Shown here: piece by piece, positions 50,093 to 60,842 of the stretch | Layout of the letters: each line of letters opens with the position of its first letter | Position numbering within the stretch: position 1 is the first letter of the stretch | Assembly (NCBI GenBank): GCA_022605425.2 | Contig: CM061247.1 | Span: 1,116,001-1,180,000, forward strand | DNA: 64,000 nt | Source of the DNA: Hamiltosporidium tvaerminnensis FI-OER-3-3 | Lineage: Eukaryota > Fungi > Microsporidia | Reading direction: 5' to 3' | The notes under the pieces: model-generated | Seen by the model: only the letters and a program-made list of their open reading frames with translations | Told to the model about the DNA's origin: nothing | The model's database searches: none | Made by a program: the position numbers and the translations under genes

Positions 50093-50797
50093 ATGGAAAA
50101 TAAAATAAAGCAAAAAACAGATATAAATGAAGATACATTTGTACAAAGAGAAGAGCCAACATTACTAGGATACCAGAAACTAAACAATTCAACTTATACA
50201 ATAGATTTGGATTCACCAGAGCTCAGAAATATTATAGATTTAGATTTAACAATATTAAATGAAGATCTAGAAAATAAAATATTTACGATGTTATACCATT
50301 CAAGAGAAATTGATTTACAAAAATGTGAACAAAGTAAAAATGAAGAGTTGGAATTGAAAAGGTATTTTTTGGACAGTCAACTTTGTTATTCGTGTGGGGA
50401 AACAGGACATACAGAAAGAAAATGTCCCAAAAGAAATACATTGGTGTGTATCCTTTGTAGTAGAACAGGGCATTACAAATATAATTGCCCAATGCTGGTT
50501 TGTATAAAGTGTCAAGAGTGTGGACATCGTGCCAATGCGTGTCAAGAAAGAACCGATAGGCGTAGATTTATGATGTGTAGACAATGTAGCGGTGAACATA
50601 ATATAACTGAGTGTCCAAGAAAATGGAGAAAATATTTTTATAACAGAAATTTAAATAATAATGTTCCTGTTAACAAAGCATGTCCTCTTTGTTGCGGTAA
50701 GAATCATTTTATTGATGATTGTAATGTCAAAAAAACCAAATTTTCTATTTTTACTTCTGATTTTAGAAGACAGACAACTTATTTTCCTAAAAAGTAA
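50093..50797 (+). CDS. AIR1: Air1/Air2 (ZCCHC7)-like zinc-knuckle subunit of the TRAMP complex
   Basis: Five CCHC knuckles (CYSC, CILC, CIKC, CRQC, CPLC) and KWRKY between knuckles 4 and 5, matching the Air IWRxY motif. Start context is CCG-ATG. Confidence 0.85.
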   Translation: MENKIKQKTDINEDTFVQREEPTLLGYQKLNNSTYTIDLDSPELRNIIDLDLTILNEDLENKIFTMLYHSREIDLQKCEQSKNEELELKRYFLDSQLCYSCGETGHTERKCPKRNTLVCILCSRTGHYKYNCPMLVCIKCQECGHRANACQERTDRRRFMMCRQCSGEHNITECPRKWRKYFYNRNLNNNVPVNKACPLCCGKNHFIDDCNVKKTKFSIFTSDFRRQTTYFPKK

Positions 50798-52011
50798 AAT
50801 TTAAATCTTAATATTTATCTTAGCATTATTGTAAAAGAATCTTTTATAGGAAGTAAAATTTTGGTTTATTTTTACGAAAAGTCTACCGTATTAAATAAAA
50901 CTAGGCAATATTTTATACTGTTAGATGTTTGGTTTATTTTTTAATAGTTTATTGACATTATATGGTATATTAGCACTTTTTAAAATATTTTATGTTTGCT
51001 ACTATCATAAATAATACAAGGCATTGGATTGATTTTATAATAAAACAATTTCCTAAAACAAAGGATTTCTATTCTTAATATTGTCGTCTATTTTTTTTAT
51101 AAAATTCTTGATATTTAATCTCTTTTTCTATCTTTTTATTTGGTGTTAGAATTCCGTGATTTTTAGATAAAAAATCAGTCCTTTATATTTAGAGTCTTTA
51201 GTTTTTTAAAATAGTTTTCCAATTATCTTTCTGTGTGCTGCAATAGAATTACTTCTATATACACAGTCTTATTAAAAAGTTGACAAATTTTTAATTATTT
51301 CCTTTATTTATTATTGTCTTCGAATTTCATTCTTTGTATTGAACATAGTTACAAATAAAATTTTTGTACATCAAAACAAAGTATTTCTTTTTCGTGATAT
51401 GTATTAGGAAAAACTTCATGATGTTGCTATTGTTATATCTTACAAAAAAATATCATAATCTTTTTTTAAAGTTATTAGAGATTTTATTTGTATTCAGACA
51501 TCCTGTTTTTTTCTAATTTTTTTTCTAGATTTTACAATTTTAAACACATTCGTTATGAGATATATTATATCTACGCAAAAATTCCGTTGCGAGTTCATAT
51601 TTCTTTTTAAGATAATTTTAATCGATCAATTCATCATGATCGTAACAAATGTCTTTTTCCTCATGTAAAATCAGTACAAAATACGTGCAATAATTTAAGT
51701 AATTCGAAATATTTTAATACTGTGAATGAAAATTAAACTATAACATGAAACAGCTAAAAATTGAAAGCGAAATAAATTACAACAAATATTTTTTTTAATT
51801 TAATTTATGTTTAGTTGTGGAGGGAGAATAACAACAACAAAAACTATCTGCTTGGCAATGAGTATATGAAATTGGTGTGAAGATCATTCTTTGAATTTTT
51901 CATAAGGAATAAAACCACAATAAGGTTCGGGTTATTGTGTGGGATTTTATGAAGAAGAGAAGGTCTACGAAATTGCTAAACTTTTTCTACAAATTTATTT
52001 TATAGTATTTA

Positions 52012-52488
52012 TGTAACTAGATCAGATACCAAGGCTGAACATGTAGGTAATTGCCATCTAAAAGCATGGAAGCCTAGCCTTGCTCACTCGGGTTAGAACA
52101 CTTAGCGCCTGGGATATATAAAATTAAAAACCGGGAAAGCTAAGTAGCAGGATATACCTGTTGGTATGATATTCCACTGTCAGTCGGACCTCATGTAATT
52201 CGCTTAGATATATCTTAGAAGAAGTTTATTGAATTCTTAAATTTTAGACTAACTGGAGTGGTTCATTGTCTCGGGCGCCCAAGGTTGGCCTCGACCTTCG
52301 ATCGCAATCCATGCAAAGTATATTAACGAACTCTGGGCAACTGCCTCGTCTTTTAATTGGATTCTACACACCTGGTAGATGAAAGGCTTTGAGACGTAGG
52401 TATCGCAGGCGGTACTGATGGAGTGTTGGAAAACAGTTATTTATGTTAAACCTAGAACTGGGTTAATGTCATGAAAACAAATATAACA
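52012..52488 (-). mobile_element. LTR-like repeat, copy 2 (477 bp)
   Basis: TGTTATA...GTTACA termini on the minus strand, preceded by AAAAATGTGGCAAG. Homologous to 47232-47712. Confidence 0.65.
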
Positions 52489-53030
52489 CTTGCCACATTT
52501 TTAAAAAGATGTGATGCTTTTAAATATAGAGTAGTCTTTTTATTACTTCTTCACTTAAATTATTTTAAAATTCCAAAAGTTTTTTATGGATAATTGGAGT
52601 AAAAAAAATTTATGGGTTTAGAAAAATTGATTATCAAAAAAAGTAGATAAAATATTTTCTTGTTTCATAGGCAACAAAAAAAATCCCAAAATCGGTAATC
52701 AAAAATTAAAAAATAAAAAAAAGATAAAAAAGATAAAAAAGAAAAAGATAAAGAAAAAGAAAGATAATATTAAAAATAATTATACTAAGAATAATAGAAG
52801 TCAAGCTCAACATATAATGTATGAATTAAGAAATAAATTAAACAAGCAATGATTTAAACATAAATAAAGCAATTACAAAAAGCTTATTTAGAATTATCTT
52901 TTTTAATAAAAAAAACATCTCAAATGTCAAAAAATATAAATTAAATTAGCTGTCTAATTCTTATAAAATTAGAATGAGAAATATAAAATAAATTAAAAAA
53001 AATAAATTATATTTCAAAGTAAAAGCTAAT

Positions 53031-53295
53031 ATATGAATTATAAAATAAATTAAAAAATAAATATTAGAATCTTAACATATGAATTATAAAATAAATTAAA
53101 AAATAAATATTAGAATCTTAACATATGAATTATAAAATAAATTAAAAAATAAATATTAGAATCTTAACATATGAATTATAAAATAAATTAAGAACTAAAT
53201 ATTAGAATCTTAACATATGAATTATAAAATAAATTAAGAACTAAATATTAGAATCGTAACATATGAATTATAAAATAAATTAAGAAATTAAATAT
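53031..53295. repeat. 46-bp AT-rich minisatellite, about 5.7 copies
   Basis: Unit atatgaattataaaataaattaaaaaataaatattagaatcttaac starts at 53031, 53077, 53123, 53169, 53215 and 53261 (partial). Confidence 0.95.
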
Positions 53296-53674
53296 TCGAA
53301 AGTAGAAGATAAGAAATAAATTAAAATAAATAAATTAAATTAGAAATTGAATTTAAATGTAGGAAATATAAACAAAGAAATTATTTTAATTTAAAGAATA
53401 AAAAAAATTCTCAATCGTTCTATTTATAATTTCAAGATTTAAAATAAAAATAGTAAATAAATAAAAATAAAAATTTAAATAATTTTATGGGTTTTTAATT
53501 CCCATTTTCATACACATTTTTTGATAAAAAAAATTATATTTTTTGTTTAATCGTTTCCTATCAAAATTATGAAAGAATTAATTGATAATTTATTCATTCT
53601 ATGGTTTAATATCTTGACATTTCCTTTTTAGCATAAATTAAAAAATTATAAATAAAAAAAAATTATAAAAATGC

Positions 53675-56600
53675 ATGAATTTTATGTGGAGACGTGGATT
53701 TCTGAGTGGAGTATATAAAGATGTAAGTAAGTTATCAGAACCAAGAAGTATGAAGGCTATATTAGGATATACTGTACTTGTATGTGCATTATATGTATTT
53801 AAATTCTTCTTATATGCTAAATCATGTATGAATATGAATAATTTTGTGATTGAAAAAATTTCTTATGATTTTGAAAAAAGCAATCTTATTAGATTTGATG
53901 CAAGAATAAAGAATTCAAAGATGCCTATAAGTTGTTCTGTTACAGAAATATCTGTTGATGTGTATTTGGATAACTGTGATCAGAAAATCGTGACATTGAA
54001 AATGAAAGATTGTTTTTTAGCAAAGGAATGTGAAATAAAATACAAAGATTTTATTGTTTTAGAACGAGAAAATAATTTTGATTTTAAAAAAATTACAAGT
54101 TGGTCTGAAAACAAAGGTGGACTTATTTTTGATGTTTCCAATGTTTTCAAAAGAAAAATTTTATTTTGGAATTTTAAATATAAAATCCAAAGGAAAGTGC
54201 CTTTAAAAATATTTGGAGATGAAAATTTTGAACCTTTTGATGTGAAAAGCATAAAAGTTTTACAGACGAAGGATTGTTTAATTTTGGCTCCAAATTTTTG
54301 TGTTTTGACTTTTCCATCTTTTTTAGAAATGAGAATTCCTTCTTTTGAATTTGCAGTTTTAGCAAATGAAATACCAATTTTTAAAATAAAATTAAGAAAT
54401 TCAGGGATAAAAAGTGAAAAAATTATAAATTGTTCATTGATTTTTGATAGAGAATATTTAGAAAATCTAAAAAGTTTTATTACAAGTACAATTGATGGTA
54501 ATGGATTTACATTAGGATTTGGTAATTTTAGTTATATGAATCATCACAGCCATACTTTGTTATATTTAGAAAACTTTTTAAAAGCTTTTAAATTGAAAAA
54601 TCAAAGCAAAAAAGAAATTTTTTTTACAAATAATGTTCCATTTACACAATTATGTGTCAAAAGTGTCAACACTGAAAGTATTACTGGAACATTAGAAATT
54701 CACAGCACTTTTTTAGATAATTTTTTAGATTCAAAACATATAATAAATAAGATTGAAATACCCGAGACATTTTTTGATGTCGATGTAGGTGAAACGAATG
54801 TTGGTAATTTGGTGGCAAAAAATATTAAAAAACCAGAATATTTACATTTTGAAATAATATTGTATCCGAAGGACTTAAATCTCTTTTTTAATACTTTTAT
54901 AATGCCTGAGGATTCTACCTTAAGAATACATTCGAAACAAGTGAGTTTTATTGGTGAAATTATTTCAAATGTAAATTTTTTATGGGATTTTAGAACAAAT
55001 ATTGGATTAAATAAAATAAATTTTACAGAAGATTTTCATGATGGAAATGGAATGAAACCAAATTTATTTCAAATGAAAATGGAATGTTTAAATGATGATA
55101 AAAGAATAACTGAATGGGAAATGAATTTATTATTACCAGAGATTTTAAATAATAGAGAACGTGTAAAACTTAAATGGTGCGATCTCAATTTGAATTTTAC
55201 TGTGGCAGAATTTAATTTTGATTTTTTTATTTCTTCAAATGAAGTAATTTTTATAAAAGATTTTAGGAGTAAAAGTGAAATTTGTAGAGGAAATTCTCCT
55301 TTAAATATTCATTTAAAACTTGAAAATACCGTAAACTACCAAGGATGCACTCTTATGTATTCAACAAAACAATTTATTAAAAAATATCAAAATTTGAAGG
55401 AAAATAAATTTAAGAAAAATCGAATACGAAATTTCTTTAGAAGCAGAAGAAATAATCAACATAATGATTTTGATAGAGATTCTTCATTTGAAGGAATATT
55501 TATAAATTTCTTGGAACATATCAAACCGAAACTGTGTTTTTATAATACCGAAACTGAAAATTTGAGTCTCATAAATTCTTATTTTGACAAAATTTTATCT
55601 GAAAAACACATAAAATTTTTTGGAATCGAAAGTATTTTTTGTGAGGAACCAAATTTTAATTTAGAAAAAATAATGAAAAAAGCGAAATTTAAATTTAATG
55701 ATTTGGAAAGTTTAACCAAGGCTTCGTTTTTAGTAACTTTACTTGGAAAAATAGAACAATTTACCGATTACAACATAAAATTTGAAATAATTTTTAAAGA
55801 ATTAAATTTTTTAATTTGTGACAACAGTTTAGAAGAAAAAAGTAATAAACCACAAACCCATGACATAAATAATAATATATTAGCTAACCAATTTAATTCT
55901 TTAAGAATTACAATTCCTAGTTTGATTTTAAGTTTTAATATTTCAGATTCCAAACTCAACAATTTAAAATTTGTTGATGAAAAAAATGAAAATTCTTTTT
56001 TAACATTTTTTGAGATTTTTTTAAACGAAAAAGATATTTTTATTCCTGAAAAGATTTCATTTTGTTCTGAAAATAATTTTAATTATTTTTCAAATGTTTT
56101 AAGTAAAATAATTGGATGTTTTGAATTTATTAGACCGAAATCTTCACAAATAAATTTTGTAAAGAGAAATTTAGATCCGATTACATCTTTTACTGAAGAG
56201 AATATGTATGTATGTCTCCATGTAATCTATAATTCGTTAGATAATGTAAATCCATTGCATCCTTCATTTGGTTTGACAAATAAGTGTGTTTTTAAAGTAA
56301 CTTTTTTTATTGTTTTACCTGAAGATTCTATTACACAAAGAAATAAAGCGACTCAAAACGAATTTGGATTTAAATGGCCAGGTTTTGAATTTTCAGTTTA
56401 CGATGAAAATGAAATATCTGATATTTCCAAGGTAATTGTATCTCCAGGTTCAATAATTCTTAGAAAAGAAGGAGATGAAAATAAAAGCGTACAAAAAATG
56501 AGAAAATTTACAATTTCATTTGAGATATATTCAAAGATTTATGAAGGAAACAATTTTATTTTATCTTTTAAAAAAATGGATTCAAGTTTTGAAAAATTTA

Positions 56601-58342
56601 GAACAAAAATATCAAAAAATAAGATAAAAACACTAACAAATTTGTTATTGAAAGGACGAGACGCAACATTTTCATCAGAAAACGAAGATTTAGGATTTTC
56701 TAAATATTTTAAAGAATTAAAAGAAATTCTTATAAATTTTTTAAATGATGACACGATCGATATAAATTTGAAAAATAGTATTTGTGATACAAAAATCAAA
56801 GTAGAAAGTGCGGGAGATACAAATCTTGATTGTGTTTATAAAAATATGAAAGTTTATAATTATTTTTTAAGAAATCAAATAAGTAAGAGGCTTGCTGTTT
56901 TATTGTCTAAAATAAGTTTAGAAAAATATTCAAAAAATATTATTTTTAATGTCCATGCTGAGTTACTCAAACCTTTGGATTTAAATTTAGGATTTTTACA
57001 AAAGAAAATTAAGGATGGAAAACTAAGAATTGGTGTGATTCAAAATATTGATTATGATTCACTTCAAAGTTCAGATGAAGAATTTGTCACGGCAAGAGAA
57101 GAAAGTGGAATATCAAATGAAAGTTTTGTTACTGCAAGGGAAGAAAGTGGAATATCAAATGAAAGTTTTGTTACTGCAAGGGAAGAAAGTAGTCAAGATT
57201 TTGTCACAATTAGAGAAGAAAGTAACAAAAGTTTTGCTACTTCAAATGAAGGAAGCCAAAGTTTTGTCACTGCAAGAGAAGGAAGCCAAAGTTTTGTCAC
57301 TGCAAGAGATGAAAGCCAAAGTTTTGTCACTGCAAGAGAAGACAACGAATTTTCAAATGAAAGTTTTGTTACTGCAAGAGAAGAACTAAGCAGCCAAACA
57401 ATTATCGATGATTATGAAACAATAAGAAGAACTACCGACAATGAAACCCCAAGAAATTCAATATTTGACAGACAATCACTGAGCAGAAATCTAAATATCG
57501 GTGGTTCTTTAATTACCAATAAAAATAGTGAAACCGACATTTTTTTTACTCCAAATTCACAAACAGATTTTGAAGAAGGAAGCTCTACAGATTCAGAAAA
57601 TACACCAAATCGCCCACCTTTAAACGATTCATTTACAGACGAACCAAATCTTTTATTCAGTATTTTTATTTATTTGCACCAAGAAAACAACTCACTTAAA
57701 ATAAAAATTCCAAACGAAAATAATTTAGATTCTTCAAATGAATTATCCTATTGCCAATCCAAACTCCTAGCTGCTTGCTCTACACTTCTAAACATTTGTA
57801 AATCTTTTAATCCAACATTTTCTTTGGATATTAAAAAAAGAATCAGATTTACACATTTCAAAAACAAAAATATTTTATTTCGTATTGAACATGAAGGAAA
57901 AACAATGGTAGAATCTGTATTAAACGAATGGGAAACCTATATAAATCATACAAAACTTACTTTTAAAATAGATCCATATTTTTTTGAAAATATAATGAAT
58001 ATTCAAGAATTTAAAATAATAATTTTTGAAAATAAAAATGTTATTTTTGAGCAAAATATAGAAATCGACCAACTCACCAAATACAGACTTCTTACTTTTT
58101 CTTTGAAATATATTTTTAAATTTATAAAAGCATATTTTCCAAAATTAAATCGAACATCATTTTTTAATGGTTTGGAATATTTAAAAAATGGGACTGTAAA
58201 TGCATTTAATTATACTTTTAATAAAAATAATTGGGAAAATATTAAAAAAATTGGAAATAATGTTGTAAATTCTACGTTTTATAGAAATAAGTTAGATTAT
58301 TTGAAAAGTGTTGGAAATAGATTTTTAAGTTTATTTTATTAG
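53675..58342 (+). CDS. 1555-aa protein with an N-terminal TM anchor, beta-rich body and acidic FVTARE repeat array
   Basis: Uninterrupted 4.7-kb ORF with TM segment ILGYTVLVCALYVFKFFLYA and alternating hydrophobic beta-strand patterns. No family was recognised with confidence. Confidence 0.9.
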   Translation: MNFMWRRGFLSGVYKDVSKLSEPRSMKAILGYTVLVCALYVFKFFLYAKSCMNMNNFVIEKISYDFEKSNLIRFDARIKNSKMPISCSVTEISVDVYLDNCDQKIVTLKMKDCFLAKECEIKYKDFIVLERENNFDFKKITSWSENKGGLIFDVSNVFKRKILFWNFKYKIQRKVPLKIFGDENFEPFDVKSIKVLQTKDCLILAPNFCVLTFPSFLEMRIPSFEFAVLANEIPIFKIKLRNSGIKSEKIINCSLIFDREYLENLKSFITSTIDGNGFTLGFGNFSYMNHHSHTLLYLENFLKAFKLKNQSKKEIFFTNNVPFTQLCVKSVNTESITGTLEIHSTFLDNFLDSKHIINKIEIPETFFDVDVGETNVGNLVAKNIKKPEYLHFEIILYPKDLNLFFNTFIMPEDSTLRIHSKQVSFIGEIISNVNFLWDFRTNIGLNKINFTEDFHDGNGMKPNLFQMKMECLNDDKRITEWEMNLLLPEILNNRERVKLKWCDLNLNFTVAEFNFDFFISSNEVIFIKDFRSKSEICRGNSPLNIHLKLENTVNYQGCTLMYSTKQFIKKYQNLKENKFKKNRIRNFFRSRRNNQHNDFDRDSSFEGIFINFLEHIKPKLCFYNTETENLSLINSYFDKILSEKHIKFFGIESIFCEEPNFNLEKIMKKAKFKFNDLESLTKASFLVTLLGKIEQFTDYNIKFEIIFKELNFLICDNSLEEKSNKPQTHDINNNILANQFNSLRITIPSLILSFNISDSKLNNLKFVDEKNENSFLTFFEIFLNEKDIFIPEKISFCSENNFNYFSNVLSKIIGCFEFIRPKSSQINFVKRNLDPITSFTEENMYVCLHVIYNSLDNVNPLHPSFGLTNKCVFKVTFFIVLPEDSITQRNKATQNEFGFKWPGFEFSVYDENEISDISKVIVSPGSIILRKEGDENKSVQKMRKFTISFEIYSKIYEGNNFILSFKKMDSSFEKFRTKISKNKIKTLTNLLLKGRDATFSSENEDLGFSKYFKELKEILINFLNDDTIDINLKNSICDTKIKVESAGDTNLDCVYKNMKVYNYFLRNQISKRLAVLLSKISLEKYSKNIIFNVHAELLKPLDLNLGFLQKKIKDGKLRIGVIQNIDYDSLQSSDEEFVTAREESGISNESFVTAREESGISNESFVTAREESSQDFVTIREESNKSFATSNEGSQSFVTAREGSQSFVTARDESQSFVTAREDNEFSNESFVTAREELSSQTIIDDYETIRRTTDNETPRNSIFDRQSLSRNLNIGGSLITNKNSETDIFFTPNSQTDFEEGSSTDSENTPNRPPLNDSFTDEPNLLFSIFIYLHQENNSLKIKIPNENNLDSSNELSYCQSKLLAACSTLLNICKSFNPTFSLDIKKRIRFTHFKNKNILFRIEHEGKTMVESVLNEWETYINHTKLTFKIDPYFFENIMNIQEFKIIIFENKNVIFEQNIEIDQLTKYRLLTFSLKYIFKFIKAYFPKLNRTSFFNGLEYLKNGTVNAFNYTFNKNNWENIKKIGNNVVNSTFYRNKLDYLKSVGNRFLSLFY
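57071..57385 (+). repeat. Coding tandem repeat encoding (E/S/D)FVTARE x9
   Basis: Core ttttgt(t/c)actgcaag recurs at 30-42 nt spacing, always in frame. Seven units read FVTAR(E/D), plus FVTIREE and FATSNE. Confidence 0.95.
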
Positions 58343-60155
58343 AAATTGGAAATAAATTTGTAAATTCTACGTTTTATAGAAATGTTCCTCAATAGATTTA
58401 CATCGTTTTTAATAGAAATGTTTCTTAAAAAAAAAACAAGTTGTTTGCTAATGATATGATATACAAAGAAGTAGATAAATAATTATCTTAAAAAAATAAT
58501 ATGATTGTGTATAATTTTATATGGAAAATAAACCATAGAATATTTTACGAAGTTAATCAACAAATAGAAATACAAAAAAATCATTACAAAGTAAAAACTT
58601 AAAATTTTAAGTTTCTTAAAAAAGTAAATGTAATAAAAAAGAAGTTATAGTTTATTTTATAATTTTGTTAATTTTTTTATTATTTTTTTATAAAATATTT
58701 TATAATTGTAGAAGTAGGGTATTACTAAAGAAGAAAAATATTTTTAGTTAATTATAGGGTTAATAAATTTCTAATAACTGTAAAAATAGGTTTCTATTGA
58801 AGAGTAAATTATTTTTTTATTTAAATTATAACGGTTTGTAAGCCTTTTATTAGTATGGAAGTAGGTTGTTGGTAAGAATAAATTATTTTATTAATTATAG
58901 AATTAGTATTTCTAAATATTTGGATAATGATATTCCTTATTCTTCTATTTTAAATATTTACATAATTTTATTTTGATACTTCTTATTGTTTCAAATCATG
59001 TTCATACTTAAGTCTCTAAATATTTAATTAAATCTTTCGGATATTATAGATTCTACTTTTAAATATTCTTATTCTCACTTGATTTGTGAGTTTTTAATCA
59101 CATTCTAAAATATATGTTAAGAAATCATAATTTGTTTCTTTTCTGATTTTAGATGATGTAGAAAGTGTCTCTAAAGTGCTATAGACTGAATATATGCCTC
59201 TATTTAATTATTAATATGGGTTTTTAAATCAAATACTGTGATATTTAAAAAAAATGAAATCCAAAGTTATAAAATAAAGGATTATTTCAATACAAGATAT
59301 ACAAATCAGTGAAAAGTTATATTTCTAAGTTTTTTTTGTTAAAATCCAAATAAAATATCTGTTAGCGTGGCCTCTACTGTTTGAATATGCGTTTATAATT
59401 ATTTGTGTAAAATGAATATAATGAATTTTTATTCCGAATTTTGACATCAGTTTTTAATCTGGTATTCCTTTTTATTTCACATAATCACACATTCAAGAAT
59501 TTACGAATTTTAGAATTTAAATGAGGTTGATAAATATTTGGGAATTATACTCATTATAAATCAGTAATATACATTGAACAACCATATTATGAGTCTAATA
59601 TACTCATGTCTGTATATTTTTTCATGTTTAGTTGCCAAAAGCCTAAAGAATTTTTTAGAGTTTTCATGATGTTTCACTTTGCTTGAATACAACAAAATAC
59701 ATTTTTATCCTGGATATAACAGAAGACTGCTTGGTTACATACTTGATACTCGCTTTTTTAAGCAAATTAGAAGAATTGCTAACAATTATAACTCATTCTT
59801 CTAGCATTATAGAACTTTAATGCAAATTTCTGTTTCTTTTTTTTAAATAAATTAAGGAAGGATAAAAAAATTTTAATTACTAAAAAATTATTAGAACTAT
59901 TGACAAATAAAAGAAAATTTTGTATTTATTAAGTAAAAAGCAATAAAAAATTGATTTTTTGTCACAAATTTATATGAAATAAATAAAAATTCAGCAAATT
60001 TATATCAATACATAAGAAAAATACAAATTCATATGAAATAAATAAAAAAGAATTCAAATTTACATCAATGTTTAAATAAATTCAAACAAACTTTTATTAA
60101 ATTTATATGAGAGAATGCAAATTTATATCAAAGTTCGTAAAAATGTAAATCAATT

Positions 60156-60842
60156 TTATTTTTTTAACTTCATAGTAACCAAAGAATTTTTTACAGAAGA
60201 TATTTCGGATTTTCTTTCAACTAATGTTTCACTGTCGTATAATTCATATTCTTTTTCAGTGTATTTCTTCATATAAATAATAAAATCATTGACTGTTTTT
60301 TTAGAACTAATTTGAATTTTAATTCTTCTGCCAGACAATAAAACTTTAAAAAAAACATCTCCGTCTTCATCTACAATGATAGAATCTGGACATTCAATTT
60401 CTTTTTCTTTTTTTCCAGAAAGTGTATGGGATGTTCCTGTAAAGTGTTCAACCTTAACTTTATATTCCTCATTTTCTCTGTCATTAAAAACAACCTCAGC
60501 TGTTTCTCCATCCTCTCCTAAAATATTTCTGTCAAATTCTCGATTATCTAACATTTTTTTAAGATCGCGATTTTCTTTCTTTTTGTAGTCGTAAAACACG
60601 TCTTCTACCAGAATTCCATTCTTGTAAACAGTAATTGTCTTTATTTTTTTATTGTCGCCTCCTTCAACCATCAGTCCACTTCTGTATCCACCTACATACA
60701 AATCATTACCTTTCTTCTTTTTAATTGCGGTTATGGCTTTTTCTGCATCGTTTTTACTTTCCAGTAATGCCTTTTCTGCCACTTCTTTTGTACATTTTGT
60801 AGCTTCTTGTACTTTTCGTACCAAATAAAAATCTGAGTTCAT
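60156..60842 (-). CDS. SHP1: Shp1/p47 (UBA-SEP-UBX) Cdc48/p97 cofactor
   Basis: N-terminal UBA-like helices (VQEATKCTKEVAEKALLESKNDAEKAI), YVGGYRSGLMV, SEP-like ITVYKNG, SHP-box-like FTGTSHTL and a ubiquitin-like C-terminus. CCCC lies 6 nt upstream of the ATG. Confidence 0.85.
   Translation of the reverse strand: MNSDFYLVRKVQEATKCTKEVAEKALLESKNDAEKAITAIKKKKGNDLYVGGYRSGLMVEGGDNKKIKTITVYKNGILVEDVFYDYKKKENRDLKKMLDNREFDRNILGEDGETAEVVFNDRENEEYKVKVEHFTGTSHTLSGKKEKEIECPDSIIVDEDGDVFFKVLLSGRRIKIQISSKKTVNDFIIYMKKYTEKEYELYDSETLVERKSEISSVKNSLVTMKLKK

Noticed and set aside
50093-50797. Retroviral Gag nucleocapsid between two LTRs
   Set aside because: Five knuckles plus a WRxY linker indicate Air1/2. There is no capsid or pol, and the gene is antisense to the inferred LTR orientation.
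53031-53295. Regular repeats resembling a CRISPR array
   Set aside because: Units are contiguous with no unique spacers, there are no cas genes, and the context is eukaryotic.
57048-57389. Overlapping 113-aa repetitive ORF (MKVLLLQ repeats)
   Set aside because: It is an alternative-frame shadow of the in-frame tandem repeat.
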